A DNA stretch of 64,000 nt from positions 326-64,325 of the forward strand of contig JBDRLN010000064.1 in assembly GCA_043812955.1 (NCBI GenBank), written 5' to 3'. The notes beneath the pieces were generated by a model. It ran no database searches, had not been told where the DNA came from, and saw nothing but the letters and a program-made list of their open reading frames with translations. Origin of the DNA: Candidatus Omnitrophota bacterium. Lineage in GTDB: Bacteria > Omnitrophota > Gorgyraeia > Gygaellales > Profunditerraquicolaceae. Positions 26,358 to 37,385 of the stretch are shown here, one piece after another. A program made the translations under genes and the position numbers. Position 1 is the stretch's first letter; every line of letters begins with the position of its first letter.

Positions 26358-27649
26358 AAAAAATAAACGTAGGAATAATTGGTTTCGGAAATGTCGGTTC
26401 GGGGGTTATCAGGATCTTGCAGGAGAGATCCGGATTACTATCCCAAAAGGTAGGTCTGGGCATCCAGGTCAAGAAAATCTGCGATAAGGATATTTTATCT
26501 AAACGCAATGTCAATATTAACAAAGGACTTTTGACTAAAAATCCTCTGGATATTATAAATAACCCTCAGATAGATATAGTGGTGGAATTAATGGGAGGTA
26601 TACATCCGGCCAAGGAGCTTATCTTAGGCGCTTTAAAAAAAGGGAAGAACATCGTCACTGCTAACAAAGCTTTATTGGCCCTTTATGGTAAAGAATTATT
26701 TGCTACTGCCTTTGACTGCGGAAAAAATATTTATTTTGAGGCAGCGGTCGGAGCAGGTATTCCGATCATTAAATCGCTCAAAGAAGGATTAGTGGCTAAC
26801 AAATTCAATAGTATCTACGGCATAGTCAATGGGACCTCTAATTTTATACTCTCTCAGATGTATAATAATAATTGTTCCTTTAATGAAGCCTTAAAAGAAG
26901 CTAAGGCCAGGGGATTTGCTGAAAAAGACCCGACCCTGGATATTGAAGGAATTGATTCAGCCCATAAGTTAATAATACTTACCTACCTTTGCTTTGGAAG
27001 GCTGATCTCGCTTGATGATATTTATATTGAAGGAGTTTCTCGTATATCCCTGGCTGATATTAATTATGCCAAGGAATTAAACCTCAAGGTAAAATTATTA
27101 GCCATTGCTAAAAAAGAGGGCGACAGCCTGGATGTCCGGGTCCACCCGACCCTGATACCTAATGAACACATGCTCTCTTCTGTAGATGAAGTCAATAACG
27201 CTATTTATGTATCTTCGGACCTGGCCGGCAATCTTTTATTCTATGGCCCGGGGGCCGGTCAATCATCAGCGGCCTCGGCCGTAGTCTCGGATATAATTGA
27301 TTTAACCAATGATATAAAAGCCGGTTTATTCCGGTCGACCTTGAATATTATCACTGATAAGTCAATAAAAAAATTGTCCAAAATAGATGAGATACAAAGC
27401 CGCTACTATATCCGGATGCTAGTTTTAGATAAGCCTGGCGTACTGGCTAAGCTATCCGGGGTATTATCTAAATTCGGAATCAGTATCGCTTCGGTAACCC
27501 AGAAAGAGAGAAGAAAAGCCCAGAGCGTGCCCATTGTTATGATTATCCACGAAGCTAAAGAAAAGAATTTAAGAGAGGCTTTACGGATTATTGATCGCCT
27601 GGATATTGTGAAGGAAAAATCCGTGGCTATCCGGATGGAGAGAGTATGA
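26354..27649 (+). CDS. hom: homoserine dehydrogenase (with C-terminal ACT domain)
   Basis: N-terminus [15 protein letters not shown]; Hom catalytic and ACT regions. Confidence 0.9.
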   Translation: MKKINVGIIGFGNVGSGVIRILQERSGLLSQKVGLGIQVKKICDKDILSKRNVNINKGLLTKNPLDIINNPQIDIVVELMGGIHPAKELILGALKKGKNIVTANKALLALYGKELFATAFDCGKNIYFEAAVGAGIPIIKSLKEGLVANKFNSIYGIVNGTSNFILSQMYNNNCSFNEALKEAKARGFAEKDPTLDIEGIDSAHKLIILTYLCFGRLISLDDIYIEGVSRISLADINYAKELNLKVKLLAIAKKEGDSLDVRVHPTLIPNEHMLSSVDEVNNAIYVSSDLAGNLLFYGPGAGQSSAASAVVSDIIDLTNDIKAGLFRSTLNIITDKSIKKLSKIDEIQSRYYIRMLVLDKPGVLAKLSGVLSKFGISIASVTQKERRKAQSVPIVMIIHEAKEKNLREALRIIDRLDIVKEKSVAIRMERV

Positions 27650-28773
27650 TTTCCGATAAAGCATATAAAGGCTTGATAATTAAGTATCGACAATATCTGC
27701 CGGTAACCAAAAAAACGCCGGTGATTACCCTTAATGAGGGAAATACTCCTCTGATTTATGCCAATTACCTGAGCAAGATGATTGGAAAGGGTTTTGAAGT
27801 TTATTTAAAATACGAAGGATTGAATCCCACTGGTTCATTTAAAGACCGGGGCATGACCCTGGCAATATCAAAAGCCTGCGAAGAAGGCTCAAAAGCGGTG
27901 ATCTGCGCTTCAACCGGTAATACCTCAGCATCCGCAGCTGCCTACGCTGCCAGGGCAGGAATCAAATGTATCGTGCTTATACCCAGCGGAGCAATTGCTT
28001 TAGGTAAATTAAGCCAAGCCTTGATCCACGGAGCTACTGTTTTAGCTGTAGACGGTAATTTTGACGATGCGCTAAATCTGGTTAAGGAGATTACAGCTAA
28101 ATACCCCATTACCTTAGTAAATTCACTTAATCCTTATCGTATTGAAGGGCAAAAAACCGCCAGTTTTGAAATCTGCGATTTCTTGACCGATGCACCAAAT
28201 TTTCAGATTATGCCCGTAGGAAATGCCGGAAATATTACTGCCTACTGGAAAGGTTATAAGGAGTATAAAAAAATAGGTAAATCCGTTAAATTACCCAGAA
28301 TGCTGGGTTTCCAGGCTGAAGGTTCGGCCCCCATTGTAAGAGGCCATCCGATTAAAAATCCTGAAACTATTGCCACGGCGATAAGGATAGGCAATCCTGC
28401 CAGCTGGAAACAGGCAGAACAAGCCCGCGACGAATCCAACGGTCTTATTGACCTGGTCTCGGATAAAGAAATAATCCAAGCCTATAAACTATTATCGATA
28501 AAAGAAGGGGTGTTTGTAGAACCAGCATCAGCAGCTTCTATTGCCGGATTATTAAAATTAGCTAAAAAGGGCTATTTTGAGCGGTTGTCGGTTAGCGGTT
28601 GTCGGTTAGCGTCCGCTCACCGTTCACCGCGAACCGCGAACCGAAAGCTTCGCATTGTATGTATACTCACCGGACATGGCCTGAAAGATCCGGACAGGGC
28701 AATTAAAACTATTAAAGCGCCAAAGATCATAAAACCAAATATGAAGGCGATATTGAAAGAAATTGGATACTAG
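27646..28773 (+). CDS. thrC: threonine synthase carrying a ~20-aa in-frame insertion encoded by a GC-rich palindromic element
   Basis: PLP site SFKDRGM; the C-terminus [44 protein letters not shown] is ~20 aa longer than canonical ThrC (KKG...IVCxLTGHG). Confidence 0.9.
   Translation: MISDKAYKGLIIKYRQYLPVTKKTPVITLNEGNTPLIYANYLSKMIGKGFEVYLKYEGLNPTGSFKDRGMTLAISKACEEGSKAVICASTGNTSASAAAYAARAGIKCIVLIPSGAIALGKLSQALIHGATVLAVDGNFDDALNLVKEITAKYPITLVNSLNPYRIEGQKTASFEICDFLTDAPNFQIMPVGNAGNITAYWKGYKEYKKIGKSVKLPRMLGFQAEGSAPIVRGHPIKNPETIATAIRIGNPASWKQAEQARDESNGLIDLVSDKEIIQAYKLLSIKEGVFVEPASAASIAGLLKLAKKGYFERLSVSGCRLASAHRSPRTANRKLRIVCILTGHGLKDPDRAIKTIKAPKIIKPNMKAILKEIGY
28579..28650. repeat. GC-rich repetitive/palindromic insert inside thrC: tandem CGGTTGTCGGTTAG x2, then CACCGTTCACCGCGAACCGCGAACCG
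   Basis: Sharp local GC rise; direct repeats with inverted symmetry (GAGCGG...CCGCTC; CGGTT.../...AACCG); reading frame preserved. Confidence 0.7.
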
Positions 28774-29515
28774 CAAAACTAAAAACTCAAAGCGCAAGAC
28801 TCAAAGTTTAAAACTTAAAGCTAAAAACTTTAAGCGCAAAACTCAAAGCTTAAAGGGAAAAAAGGTATTAATTACTGCCGGACCGACTTGGGCAGCCATA
28901 GATGATGTAAGGGTAATCTCTAATACTGCCACAGGAGAAACCGGAAGGCTTTTAGCTGAGAAATTAACAACTAAAGGCGCTAAGGTTGCTCTTCTAATTA
29001 ACGCGGAAAACAGATGCTGGCTAAATAAAAAAATTAAAATTCTGACCTTTAGGTTCTTTGACCAGCTCAAAAAACATATTGTCAAAGAAGTGTCATCCGG
29101 AAGATACGATATTTTTATACATTCAGCCGCAGTTTCTGATTATAGGCCGGCTAAATCAGTTAAAGGAAAAATCAATTCGGGTAAATTTAAGCTCCGCCTG
29201 GATTTAGTCCCTACCCCTAAAATCATTAACCGGATAAAGAAAATTGATAGTTCTTTGTTCTTAGTTGGTTTCAAATACGAGCCTGGTAATGATAAAAAAA
29301 CTTTGATTCAGAAGGCAAAAAAACTAATGTCTAAGTCAAACGCGGATATTATTGTTGCCAATACATCAGGCAAAAAAGGTTACCAAGCGTATATCATAAA
29401 CAGGGATAAGATATTCTGTGGTCCGGTCTATAATAAATCGGTAATGATCAATAGCCTTATACAGGCGATAAACAGGTCATTTGGTTTAAAGAAAACGTTA
29501 CAAAAAAGCAATTAA
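28763..29515 (+). CDS. coaB: phosphopantothenate--cysteine ligase (stand-alone CoaB domain, no CoaC) with Lys-rich repetitive N-terminus
   Basis: [30 protein letters not shown] matches the CoaB core; N-terminal KRKTQSLK repeats are encoded by tandem DNA repeats. Confidence 0.7.
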   Translation: MDTSKTKNSKRKTQSLKLKAKNFKRKTQSLKGKKVLITAGPTWAAIDDVRVISNTATGETGRLLAEKLTTKGAKVALLINAENRCWLNKKIKILTFRFFDQLKKHIVKEVSSGRYDIFIHSAAVSDYRPAKSVKGKINSGKFKLRLDLVPTPKIINRIKKIDSSLFLVGFKYEPGNDKKTLIQKAKKLMSKSNADIIVANTSGKKGYQAYIINRDKIFCGPVYNKSVMINSLIQAINRSFGLKKTLQKSN

Positions 29516-29532
29516 GGAATATAATATAAACC

Positions 29533-30729
29533 ATGAAATACATAGTTTTAGTCGCGGATGGAATGGCGGATTACCCGATTGCAGAATTGGGTAATCGTAC
29601 GCCTTTGGAAGCTAGCCGCACTCCTAATATGGATTATATAGCTAGGCAAGGAAGGCTGGGCCGGGTAAAAACTATACCCGAGAATATGATTCCAGCTTCA
29701 GATGTGGCTAATATTTCTATACTGGGATACGATCCTAAAATATATTATACCGGCAGAGGGCCCCTAGAGGCGGCTAATTTAGGCATTGAAATGGAAGGCG
29801 ATGATGTGGCTTTTCGCTGCAACTTAGTTACTATCGCTAATGATAAAATGATAGATTACAGCTCTGGGCATATAAGTTCTAAAGAGGCCAGCGTTTTGAT
29901 TAAGGCAGTCAACCATAATTTAGGCAGCGATAAATTCAAATTCTATCCCGGGATAAGCTACAGGCATTTATTGCTGGTAAAAAAAAGCGCTGATGAGCAA
30001 CTGGAAAAAATAAATTGCGTCGCCCCCCATGATATCTTTGAACAGAATATTGTTAAATTTCTGCCTAAAGGAAAAAATAGCGATAACTTAATCAAGTTAA
30101 TGCGTGATTCCCAAAAAGTCCTGGAGGCCCATGAGATAAACCAAGTGAGAATTGACCTTAAGGAGAATCCGGCAAATATGATTTGGTTGTGGGGCCAGGG
30201 GAAAAAGCCGGATTTACCTAAATTTACCGATAAGTACGGGCTCAGCGGTAGCGTAATATCTGCGGTTGATCTGATCAAAGGTCTGGGTAAGGTTATCGGA
30301 CTCAACGTAATTAATGTTGCCGGCGCTACCGGATACTATGATACCGACTATAAAGGTAAGGCTAATGCCGCGATAAGGTCCCTGGAGAACAATGATTTTG
30401 TTTTTGTCCATGTGGAGGCACCGGATGAGGCCGGGCATAACGGAGATTTGAGGGAAAAGATAACCGCTATTGAAAGATTTGACCAGTTAGTGGTAGGGAC
30501 AATATTAGAGGCATTTAAACGTAAAAAGAATTTTAAGATCATGGTTTTGCCTGACCACGCGACACCGGTATCTTTAAAAACGCATACCTCTGATGTAATA
30601 TGTTTCGGCATTTTCGGGAAAGGCATCATCGGCAGGGGTTTTTTGAATTACAGCGAAAAGGAGGCGGCGAAATCCGACCTCTATTTTGATAAAGGCCACG
30701 AATTAATGGATTATTTTATTAAATCCTAA
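29533..30729 (+). CDS. apgM: cofactor-independent phosphoglycerate mutase, archaeal-type (ApgM family)
   Basis: N-terminus MKYIVLVADGMADYPI; metalloenzyme domain. Confidence 0.85.
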   Translation: MKYIVLVADGMADYPIAELGNRTPLEASRTPNMDYIARQGRLGRVKTIPENMIPASDVANISILGYDPKIYYTGRGPLEAANLGIEMEGDDVAFRCNLVTIANDKMIDYSSGHISSKEASVLIKAVNHNLGSDKFKFYPGISYRHLLLVKKSADEQLEKINCVAPHDIFEQNIVKFLPKGKNSDNLIKLMRDSQKVLEAHEINQVRIDLKENPANMIWLWGQGKKPDLPKFTDKYGLSGSVISAVDLIKGLGKVIGLNVINVAGATGYYDTDYKGKANAAIRSLENNDFVFVHVEAPDEAGHNGDLREKITAIERFDQLVVGTILEAFKRKKNFKIMVLPDHATPVSLKTHTSDVICFGIFGKGIIGRGFLNYSEKEAAKSDLYFDKGHELMDYFIKS

Positions 30730-30739
30730 AAAAGCAGAG

Positions 30740-31057
30740 GTGATCATGAATGAGAAAAGAAAATTTTACAGGTCGGCGGTTCCGCTGGATAAACTGAAGT
30801 GCAGGATAATCGAGCCCGTAAGCATAGCTAACGATACTGAATTTTCTATTCTTAATATAAGCGTAATGGGCATAGCCTTTGAAAGCGATGAAAAAATAGA
30901 CCACGACGCCATCAGGCTAGCGATCAAATTTCCTTTTACTTCTTATGAAGAAGCGGCCTATGTCTGGGGCAGGGTAGTATATTCGAATAAAATGCTGAAT
31001 AATGATAAACACCTTATCGGTATAGCCTTTATAAGAAAAAAACAGGGTCATAAATAA
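30740..31057 (+). CDS. single-domain PilZ protein
   Basis: RKFYR (RxxxR) and NISVMGI (NxSxxG); its stop overlaps the lysC start codon. Confidence 0.65.
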   Translation: MIMNEKRKFYRSAVPLDKLKCRIIEPVSIANDTEFSILNISVMGIAFESDEKIDHDAIRLAIKFPFTSYEEAAYVWGRVVYSNKMLNNDKHLIGIAFIRKKQGHK

Positions 31058-32271
31058 TGAAAAAACTGATTGTGCAGAAATTTGGCGGTTCTTCGGTGGC
31101 GAATGTCGAACGAATTCAGAATGTAGCTAAAAGGGTCGTTGGCTATAAAAAAGAAGGCCATGATTTAGTGGTGGTAGTATCAGCCTTAGGAGACACTACC
31201 GATGAACTGATCGAACTGGCAAATCAGATCAGCAATGATCCTCCGGAACGGGAGATGGATATGCTTTTATCAACTGGAGAACAGATATCCGTTGCCCTGC
31301 TGGCTATGGCAATCCATAAGCTTGGCTTTGAGGCAATTTCTTTTACCGGAGCGCAAGTCGGGATAATTACCGATAAAAACCACACCCAGGCCAGGATTAT
31401 CAAAATAAATGCCGATAGAATCCGCCGAGCCTTAAAAGAAGGCAAGATCGTTATTGTAGCCGGGTTTCAGGGAATAACCATCGATGAAAATATCACTACC
31501 CTGGGAAGAGGCGGGTCTGATCTTACTGCCGTGGCCTTGGCCAAAGAACTAAACGCTAACGAATGCGAGATATATACCGATGTAGAGGGTATTTATACTA
31601 CGGATCCCCGGATCGAACCCAAGGCAAAAAAGATTAAAGCCATTACTTTTGACGAAATGCTGGAGATGGCTTCTTTGGGCGCCCAGGTAATGCAGCCCCG
31701 TTCCATAGAAGTAGCCAAGAAATTCAACGTCCCGATACACGTACGTTCGTCATTATCATTAAAACGCGGAACTATGATCATCAAGGAGGTAAAAATAATG
31801 GAAGATGCGCTTATCACCGGCGTAACCCTGAATAAAAATGAGACCAAGATTACTGTCTGCGATGTTCCGGATAAGCCCGGAGTGGCAGCCAGAATATTTA
31901 AAGAACTCTCTGATAGCGGCATTAGCGTAGACATGATCGTTCAGAATGTCTCTCATACCCGCAAAACCGATATCTCGTTTACCGTGTCTAAGGCAAATTC
32001 TGCTAAAACAATACGCAAGGCTAAAAAAACATCCCAGGCGATCGGTGCAGGCGTTGTACTGGAAGACGCAGATATTGCCAGGGTCTCGGTAGTCGGCGTA
32101 GGCATGAAATCACACCACGGAGTTGCCGCGACCATGTTCGGGACTTTAGCCGAAAATAAAATCAACATTGAAATGATCTCTACATCCGATATAAGTATCT
32201 CCTGCATCATCCAGAAGAAATTCGCGGAATTAGCAGTTAGAGAAATACATAAAAAGTTTGGCCTGGGATAA
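31057..32271 (+). CDS. lysC: aspartate kinase (with ACT domains)
   Basis: N-terminus QKFGGSSVAN; two C-terminal ACT repeats. Confidence 0.9.
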   Translation: MKKLIVQKFGGSSVANVERIQNVAKRVVGYKKEGHDLVVVVSALGDTTDELIELANQISNDPPEREMDMLLSTGEQISVALLAMAIHKLGFEAISFTGAQVGIITDKNHTQARIIKINADRIRRALKEGKIVIVAGFQGITIDENITTLGRGGSDLTAVALAKELNANECEIYTDVEGIYTTDPRIEPKAKKIKAITFDEMLEMASLGAQVMQPRSIEVAKKFNVPIHVRSSLSLKRGTMIIKEVKIMEDALITGVTLNKNETKITVCDVPDKPGVAARIFKELSDSGISVDMIVQNVSHTRKTDISFTVSKANSAKTIRKAKKTSQAIGAGVVLEDADIARVSVVGVGMKSHHGVAATMFGTLAENKINIEMISTSDISISCIIQKKFAELAVREIHKKFGLG

Positions 32272-33862
32272 TAATTTAAGCCGGAGGCATGAAATGCGCA
32301 AGATTCAAATATATGATACGACCTTAAGAGACGGATCCCAAGGCGAAGGTATTTCTTATTCGGTCAGCGATAAAGTGCGTATCGCTGAAGAATTAGACCT
32401 TTTGGGAGTTGATTATATTGAAGGCGGCTGGCCAGGTTCAAACCCGAAAGACATGGAATTCTTTTTAAAGATGTCCCAGAAGACCCTGAAAAATGCCCAA
32501 TTAACCGCTTTTAGTATGACTCGCAGGCCGAATATCAGAGCATCCCAGGACACGAATATAAAAGATTTGATCAAATCCCGGGTCAAGATCATAACCATTG
32601 TCGGTAAAACTTGGGATCTGCACGTCAGCGACGTTTTAAAAGTAACCTTGGATGAAAACCTGGAAATGATCAAAGATACTGTTTCTTTTTTAGTGTCTGC
32701 CGGCCTTACTGTTTTTTATGATGCTGAACATTTTTTTGACGCCTATAAGGCTAATAAGGAATACGCTTTAAAAACTATTGCCTTCTGCCAAGAGGCAGGG
32801 GCTAAAGCGGTTGTGCTCTGTGATACTAACGGTGGCTCGCTTCCTTCGGAGATTTCGCAGGTGATCAATCAAATCCTACCCTTAGTGAAAGTTCCCTTAG
32901 GTATTCACTGCCATAATGATTGCGGAATGGCTATAGCTAATTCAATCGCGGCAGTTGAATCCGGGGCTGATATGGTCCAGGGAACTATTAACGGTTATGG
33001 TGAACGCTGCGGTAACGCTGATCTGATCCCGGTTATCGCTAATCTCAGAATTAAGTTAGGACTTAAGGCGTTGGGCGAAGACAAATTAAAAGAATTAACC
33101 AAGGTCTCCCATTTTGTCAGTGAAATAAGCAATATGAAACAAAGGGATGACCAGCCTTTTGTGGGAGCCTCGGCATTTGCCCACAAAGGCGGAATGCACA
33201 TCAATGCGGTAATAAAGAACTCTCTGGCCTACGAGCATTGCGAGCCAGGGATCGTCGGTAACCATAGGAGATTCTTGATATCGGAGCTGGGAGGAAAAAC
33301 CGGGATAATGCTCAGGGCTAAAGCCATGGAATTTGACTTAAGCAAAGAGAATCCTCAGACCCAGAGAATACTTAAATTGATCCAGAACCTGGAACATCAA
33401 GGGTATCATTTTGAAGCGGCTGAGGCATCTTTTGAATTATTAATGAAGAGGGCGCTTAAGAAGTATAAAAAATTCTTTGAATTGCAGGGATTCAGGATTG
33501 TGATAGAGAAGATATCCAATAAAAAGATAACCTCGGAAGCGATCATAAAACTAAAGGTAAAGGGCAAAATGGAACATACCGCCGCTGAAGGGGATGGCCC
33601 GGTCAATGCCCTGGATAATGCCGTAAGAAAAGCCTTAAAAAATTTCTATCCCACATTGTCTAAAATGCATCTGGCGGACTTTAAGGTCCGGGTATTGGAT
33701 GAACAAGCCGGAACCGCGGCTAAAGTACGGGTATTAATTCAGTCTCAGGATGAAAAGGATGATTGGAATACCATCGGCGTGCATGAAAATATTATCGAGG
33801 CATCCTGGCAGGCGATGGTCGACAGTATCGAATATAAATTGCTTAAAGATAAAGTATCTTAA
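32258..33862 (+). CDS. cimA: citramalate synthase / 2-isopropylmalate synthase family (CimA-like, 534 aa)
   Basis: IYDTTLRDGSQGEGIS HMGL-like TIM barrel plus C-terminal LeuA dimerisation region. Confidence 0.8.
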   Translation: MAWDNNLSRRHEMRKIQIYDTTLRDGSQGEGISYSVSDKVRIAEELDLLGVDYIEGGWPGSNPKDMEFFLKMSQKTLKNAQLTAFSMTRRPNIRASQDTNIKDLIKSRVKIITIVGKTWDLHVSDVLKVTLDENLEMIKDTVSFLVSAGLTVFYDAEHFFDAYKANKEYALKTIAFCQEAGAKAVVLCDTNGGSLPSEISQVINQILPLVKVPLGIHCHNDCGMAIANSIAAVESGADMVQGTINGYGERCGNADLIPVIANLRIKLGLKALGEDKLKELTKVSHFVSEISNMKQRDDQPFVGASAFAHKGGMHINAVIKNSLAYEHCEPGIVGNHRRFLISELGGKTGIMLRAKAMEFDLSKENPQTQRILKLIQNLEHQGYHFEAAEASFELLMKRALKKYKKFFELQGFRIVIEKISNKKITSEAIIKLKVKGKMEHTAAEGDGPVNALDNAVRKALKNFYPTLSKMHLADFKVRVLDEQAGTAAKVRVLIQSQDEKDDWNTIGVHENIIEASWQAMVDSIEYKLLKDKVS

Positions 33863-36544
33863 ATGCCTGAACTTGACAAGCAGTATAACCCCAAAGAAAC
33901 CGAAGATAAATGGTATAAATTCTGGGAAGAAAATAACCTCTTTGCTGCAAAACCTCAATCCCCTAAAAAACCATTCAGCATAGTAATTCCGCCTCCTAAT
34001 GTAACCGGCATCCTGCATATGGGCCATGCCCTGAATAATACTATTCAGGACATTCTCATCCGCTATCATAGGATGAAAGGGGAAGAATCATTATGGATGC
34101 CCGGGACTGACCACGCCGGGATCGCTACCCAGAATGTAGTGGAGAAATCAATTGCTAAAGACGGACTGAAGCGTCAGGATCTAGGCCGGGATAAATTTAT
34201 CCAGAGGGTCTGGCAATGGAAGGAAGAATACGGCTCGACCATTATCCGTCAGCTTAAAAAATTAGGGTCTTCCTGTGATTGGCAGAGGATCCGCTTTACC
34301 ATGGATGAAGAATACTCGAAATCCGTGGTCGAGGTTTTTGTTAGGCTTTATGAAAAAGGCCTGATCTATCAAGGCAATTATATTATCAACTGGTGCCCGC
34401 GCTGCCAAACCGCGCTATCCGATGAAGAAGCCCCTCACCATGAGCTCCAGGGAAATTTATATTATTTACGATATCCGCTTAAAGATTACCCGCAAGATTT
34501 CGTAGTTGTTGCAACTACCCGTCCGGAAACAATGCTGGGGGATACTGCGGTAGCAGTAAATCCTAAAGACAAACGCTACCAGAAATTAATCGGTAAAATC
34601 CTTATCCTGCCGCTGATTAAGCGCGAAATTAAAATTATCGCTGATTCTATGGTAGATACAAAATTCGGTACAGGGGCGGTTAAGGTTACTCCGGCCCATG
34701 ACCCGAATGATTACGCTTTAGGCAAAAAACACAACCTGGAATTCGTGAATGTAATGTATCCTGATGCCCGAATGAATCAAAATGCCGCAGATTATAAAGA
34801 TATGGACAGGTTTGAAGCTAGAGAGGTCATCCTGGAAGATTTAAAAGAACAGGGGCTTTTAGAAAAAATCGAACCTCATAATTTGTCCGCCGGACACTGC
34901 TACCGCTGTCACACCATAATCGAACCTTATCTATCCAAACAGTGGTTTGTGAAAATGAAACCTTTGGCTATACCGGCTATAGAGGTAGTTAAAAAAGGTA
35001 AAATAAAATTTTATCCCAGCCGCTGGACTAAAGTTTATCTTAACTGGATGGAGAATATCCAGGATTGGTGCATATCCCGTCAGATCTGGTGGGGACATCG
35101 CTTGCCGGTATATTATTGTAAGGATTGCCTGCAACAAGCCTGCGGGTCCACAGTCCACAAAGTCCATCAGTCCACAACAAACAGAAAAGGTATAATAGTT
35201 TCCTGCGTAAAACCTGAAAAATGCCCAGACTGCGGCTCAAGCGATATATATCAGGATGAGGATGTCTTAGATACCTGGTTTTCTTCCTGGCTCTGGCCTT
35301 TTGCAACTTTTAGAAGTGAATTAGACCTGAAATATTTCTATCCCACTTCAACCCTGGTAACTGCTCCTGAAATAATTTTCTTCTGGGTAGCCAGAATGAT
35401 CATGGCTGGGATGGAATTCCTAAAAGACATCCCCTTTAAAGATGTCTACATCCACGGCACTGTCAGGGATATAGAAGGTAAAAAAATGTCCAAATCATTG
35501 GGAAATATAATTGATCCCTTGGAAATTATTAATGAATACGGAACTGATGCCCTGCGTTTCAGCTTAATTTCTATAACTGCCCAGGGCCAGGATGTATTCC
35601 TCTCTAAGGAAAGGTTTGAACAGGGAAGGAATTTTGCTAATAAGATCTGGAATGCCTCCAGATTTATCCTGATGAACCTGGGATCCGAGAATACAAAAGC
35701 AGATCTATGTGCTTTCTTTAAACAAGAGCGATTAGATACGGCTAATCGCTGGATCTTAAGCCGTTTTTACTCAACAGTTAAACAAGCCTATAAATTACTG
35801 GATAACTACCGTTTTAATGAAGCGCTGAACCTGCTTTATCATTTTTTTTGGCATGAATTTTGCGATTGGTATTTAGAGATCATCAAAGCGGATATCAAAA
35901 ACCCCCATAATCAGGTAGTGATGTATAAAATACTGGAAAAATTCTTAAAGGCAATTCATCCTTTTATGCCTTTTATCAGCGAAGAGATTTGGCAAAAACT
36001 TCCCCATCAGGACATATCAATAATGGTTACACGGGTTGTGCATATCCAGGAAGAGATTATTGATAAAAAAATTGAAAATAAAATGGCTTTGTTGCTTGAA
36101 TTAATTACTACCATTAGGAATATGCGCTGGGAATTAGAGATATTACCCCAGGCCTGCGTAGATGTCAAAATCTGTACTTTAAACAAGGCTAATAGGGCTT
36201 TTATAGGGCAATCTTCGGCTTGCGTTAAAAACCTGGCAAAACTAATGAATCTTGTTTTAGAATCAGAATATGGGCCTGCGCAGGGTCAATTTGCCGTGGT
36301 TTTAAAGGATATGCACGTGGTTATTCCTCTTGCCGGACTGATAGATATTGAAAAATATAAGCAAAAAACATGGGAAAGAATCAAAAAAACCGATTCCGAT
36401 ATTAAAGCCAAAGGAATAATGTTGGCAAATAAAGATTTTGTTAAAAGGGCTCCCGCGCACATCGTAGAAAAGGAGAAACTTAAACTCCAGGAACTTAATG
36501 AAACCCTTAATAAACTGAAAGGAGTCATCCATGGCCTTGGATAA
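33863..36544 (+). CDS. valS: valine--tRNA ligase
   Basis: HMGH and KMSKS motifs, editing domain, C-terminal coiled coil. Confidence 0.95.
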   Translation: MPELDKQYNPKETEDKWYKFWEENNLFAAKPQSPKKPFSIVIPPPNVTGILHMGHALNNTIQDILIRYHRMKGEESLWMPGTDHAGIATQNVVEKSIAKDGLKRQDLGRDKFIQRVWQWKEEYGSTIIRQLKKLGSSCDWQRIRFTMDEEYSKSVVEVFVRLYEKGLIYQGNYIINWCPRCQTALSDEEAPHHELQGNLYYLRYPLKDYPQDFVVVATTRPETMLGDTAVAVNPKDKRYQKLIGKILILPLIKREIKIIADSMVDTKFGTGAVKVTPAHDPNDYALGKKHNLEFVNVMYPDARMNQNAADYKDMDRFEAREVILEDLKEQGLLEKIEPHNLSAGHCYRCHTIIEPYLSKQWFVKMKPLAIPAIEVVKKGKIKFYPSRWTKVYLNWMENIQDWCISRQIWWGHRLPVYYCKDCLQQACGSTVHKVHQSTTNRKGIIVSCVKPEKCPDCGSSDIYQDEDVLDTWFSSWLWPFATFRSELDLKYFYPTSTLVTAPEIIFFWVARMIMAGMEFLKDIPFKDVYIHGTVRDIEGKKMSKSLGNIIDPLEIINEYGTDALRFSLISITAQGQDVFLSKERFEQGRNFANKIWNASRFILMNLGSENTKADLCAFFKQERLDTANRWILSRFYSTVKQAYKLLDNYRFNEALNLLYHFFWHEFCDWYLEIIKADIKNPHNQVVMYKILEKFLKAIHPFMPFISEEIWQKLPHQDISIMVTRVVHIQEEIIDKKIENKMALLLELITTIRNMRWELEILPQACVDVKICTLNKANRAFIGQSSACVKNLAKLMNLVLESEYGPAQGQFAVVLKDMHVVIPLAGLIDIEKYKQKTWERIKKTDSDIKAKGIMLANKDFVKRAPAHIVEKEKLKLQELNETLNKLKGVIHGLG

Positions 36545-37385
36545 ACTAGACCCTCGTAAGATAGAAAGCATAGTTAAACAAGCTTTAGTTGAAGATATTG
36601 GCAAAGGAGATATTACCACTCAGTTAACTATCCCTAAAGATAAACTTATTAAAGGAACAGTGCTGGCTAAAGAAGATTGCGTAGTTTGCGGATTAGATAT
36701 AATGGAGGCGGCTTTTAAAACCGTAGATAAAAATATTAAATTCTCTCCTCAGGCTAAAGAGGGACATAAAGTTAAGAAAGGGAAGGCGATTGCCCTGGTA
36801 GAAGGCAAGGCCCAAAATATTCTTAGCGCTGAGCGGGTAGGATTGAATTTATTATCCCTGCTTTCATCCGTAGCCACTAAAACCAGGGAATATGTGGATA
36901 GGATTGAACCATCTAAAGTAAAGATCTCGGATACCCGTAAGACCATTCCCGGTTTGAGGGACCTGCAAAAATACGCGGTCAGGGTAGGAGGAGGACATAA
37001 CCACCGCATGAGCCTGGATGAAATGGTCCTAATCAAAGACAACCATATCAAGGTTACCGAGGGATATTCCAAACTTCCTATCGTGCCTAAAGGCTTTAAG
37101 ATTGAGGTAGAGGTTCAAAATCTGGAAGAATTTAAACATGCGCTTAAATTTAAGCCGGATTTTATTATGCTGGACAATATGGATATAGCCGATATGAAAA
37201 AAGCTGTAGAGATACTTAATAATACTCTTTTTAAAAGCCATCATCCCCGGACAAAACTTGAAGCCTCGGGAGGAGTTAATCTGGATAATATTAAGGAGAT
37301 TGCCTCAACCGGAGTAGATATAATCTCCATCGGAGACATTACTCATTCCATAAAATCGGTTGACATATCCCTAGAAGTTGAATGA
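36531..37385 (+). CDS. nadC: nicotinate-nucleotide pyrophosphorylase (carboxylating)
   Basis: QPRTase family; Gly-rich GGG motif MVLIKDNH...ASGGV. Confidence 0.9.
   Translation: MALDKLDPRKIESIVKQALVEDIGKGDITTQLTIPKDKLIKGTVLAKEDCVVCGLDIMEAAFKTVDKNIKFSPQAKEGHKVKKGKAIALVEGKAQNILSAERVGLNLLSLLSSVATKTREYVDRIEPSKVKISDTRKTIPGLRDLQKYAVRVGGGHNHRMSLDEMVLIKDNHIKVTEGYSKLPIVPKGFKIEVEVQNLEEFKHALKFKPDFIMLDNMDIADMKKAVEILNNTLFKSHHPRTKLEASGGVNLDNIKEIASTGVDIISIGDITHSIKSVDISLEVE

Noticed and set aside
28775-28860. AAAG-rich tandem DNA repeats after thrC, as an intergenic repeat or sRNA
   Set aside because: The only in-frame start for the CoaB-like gene is the ATG at 28763, so the repeats encode its Lys-rich N-terminus rather than forming a separate element.
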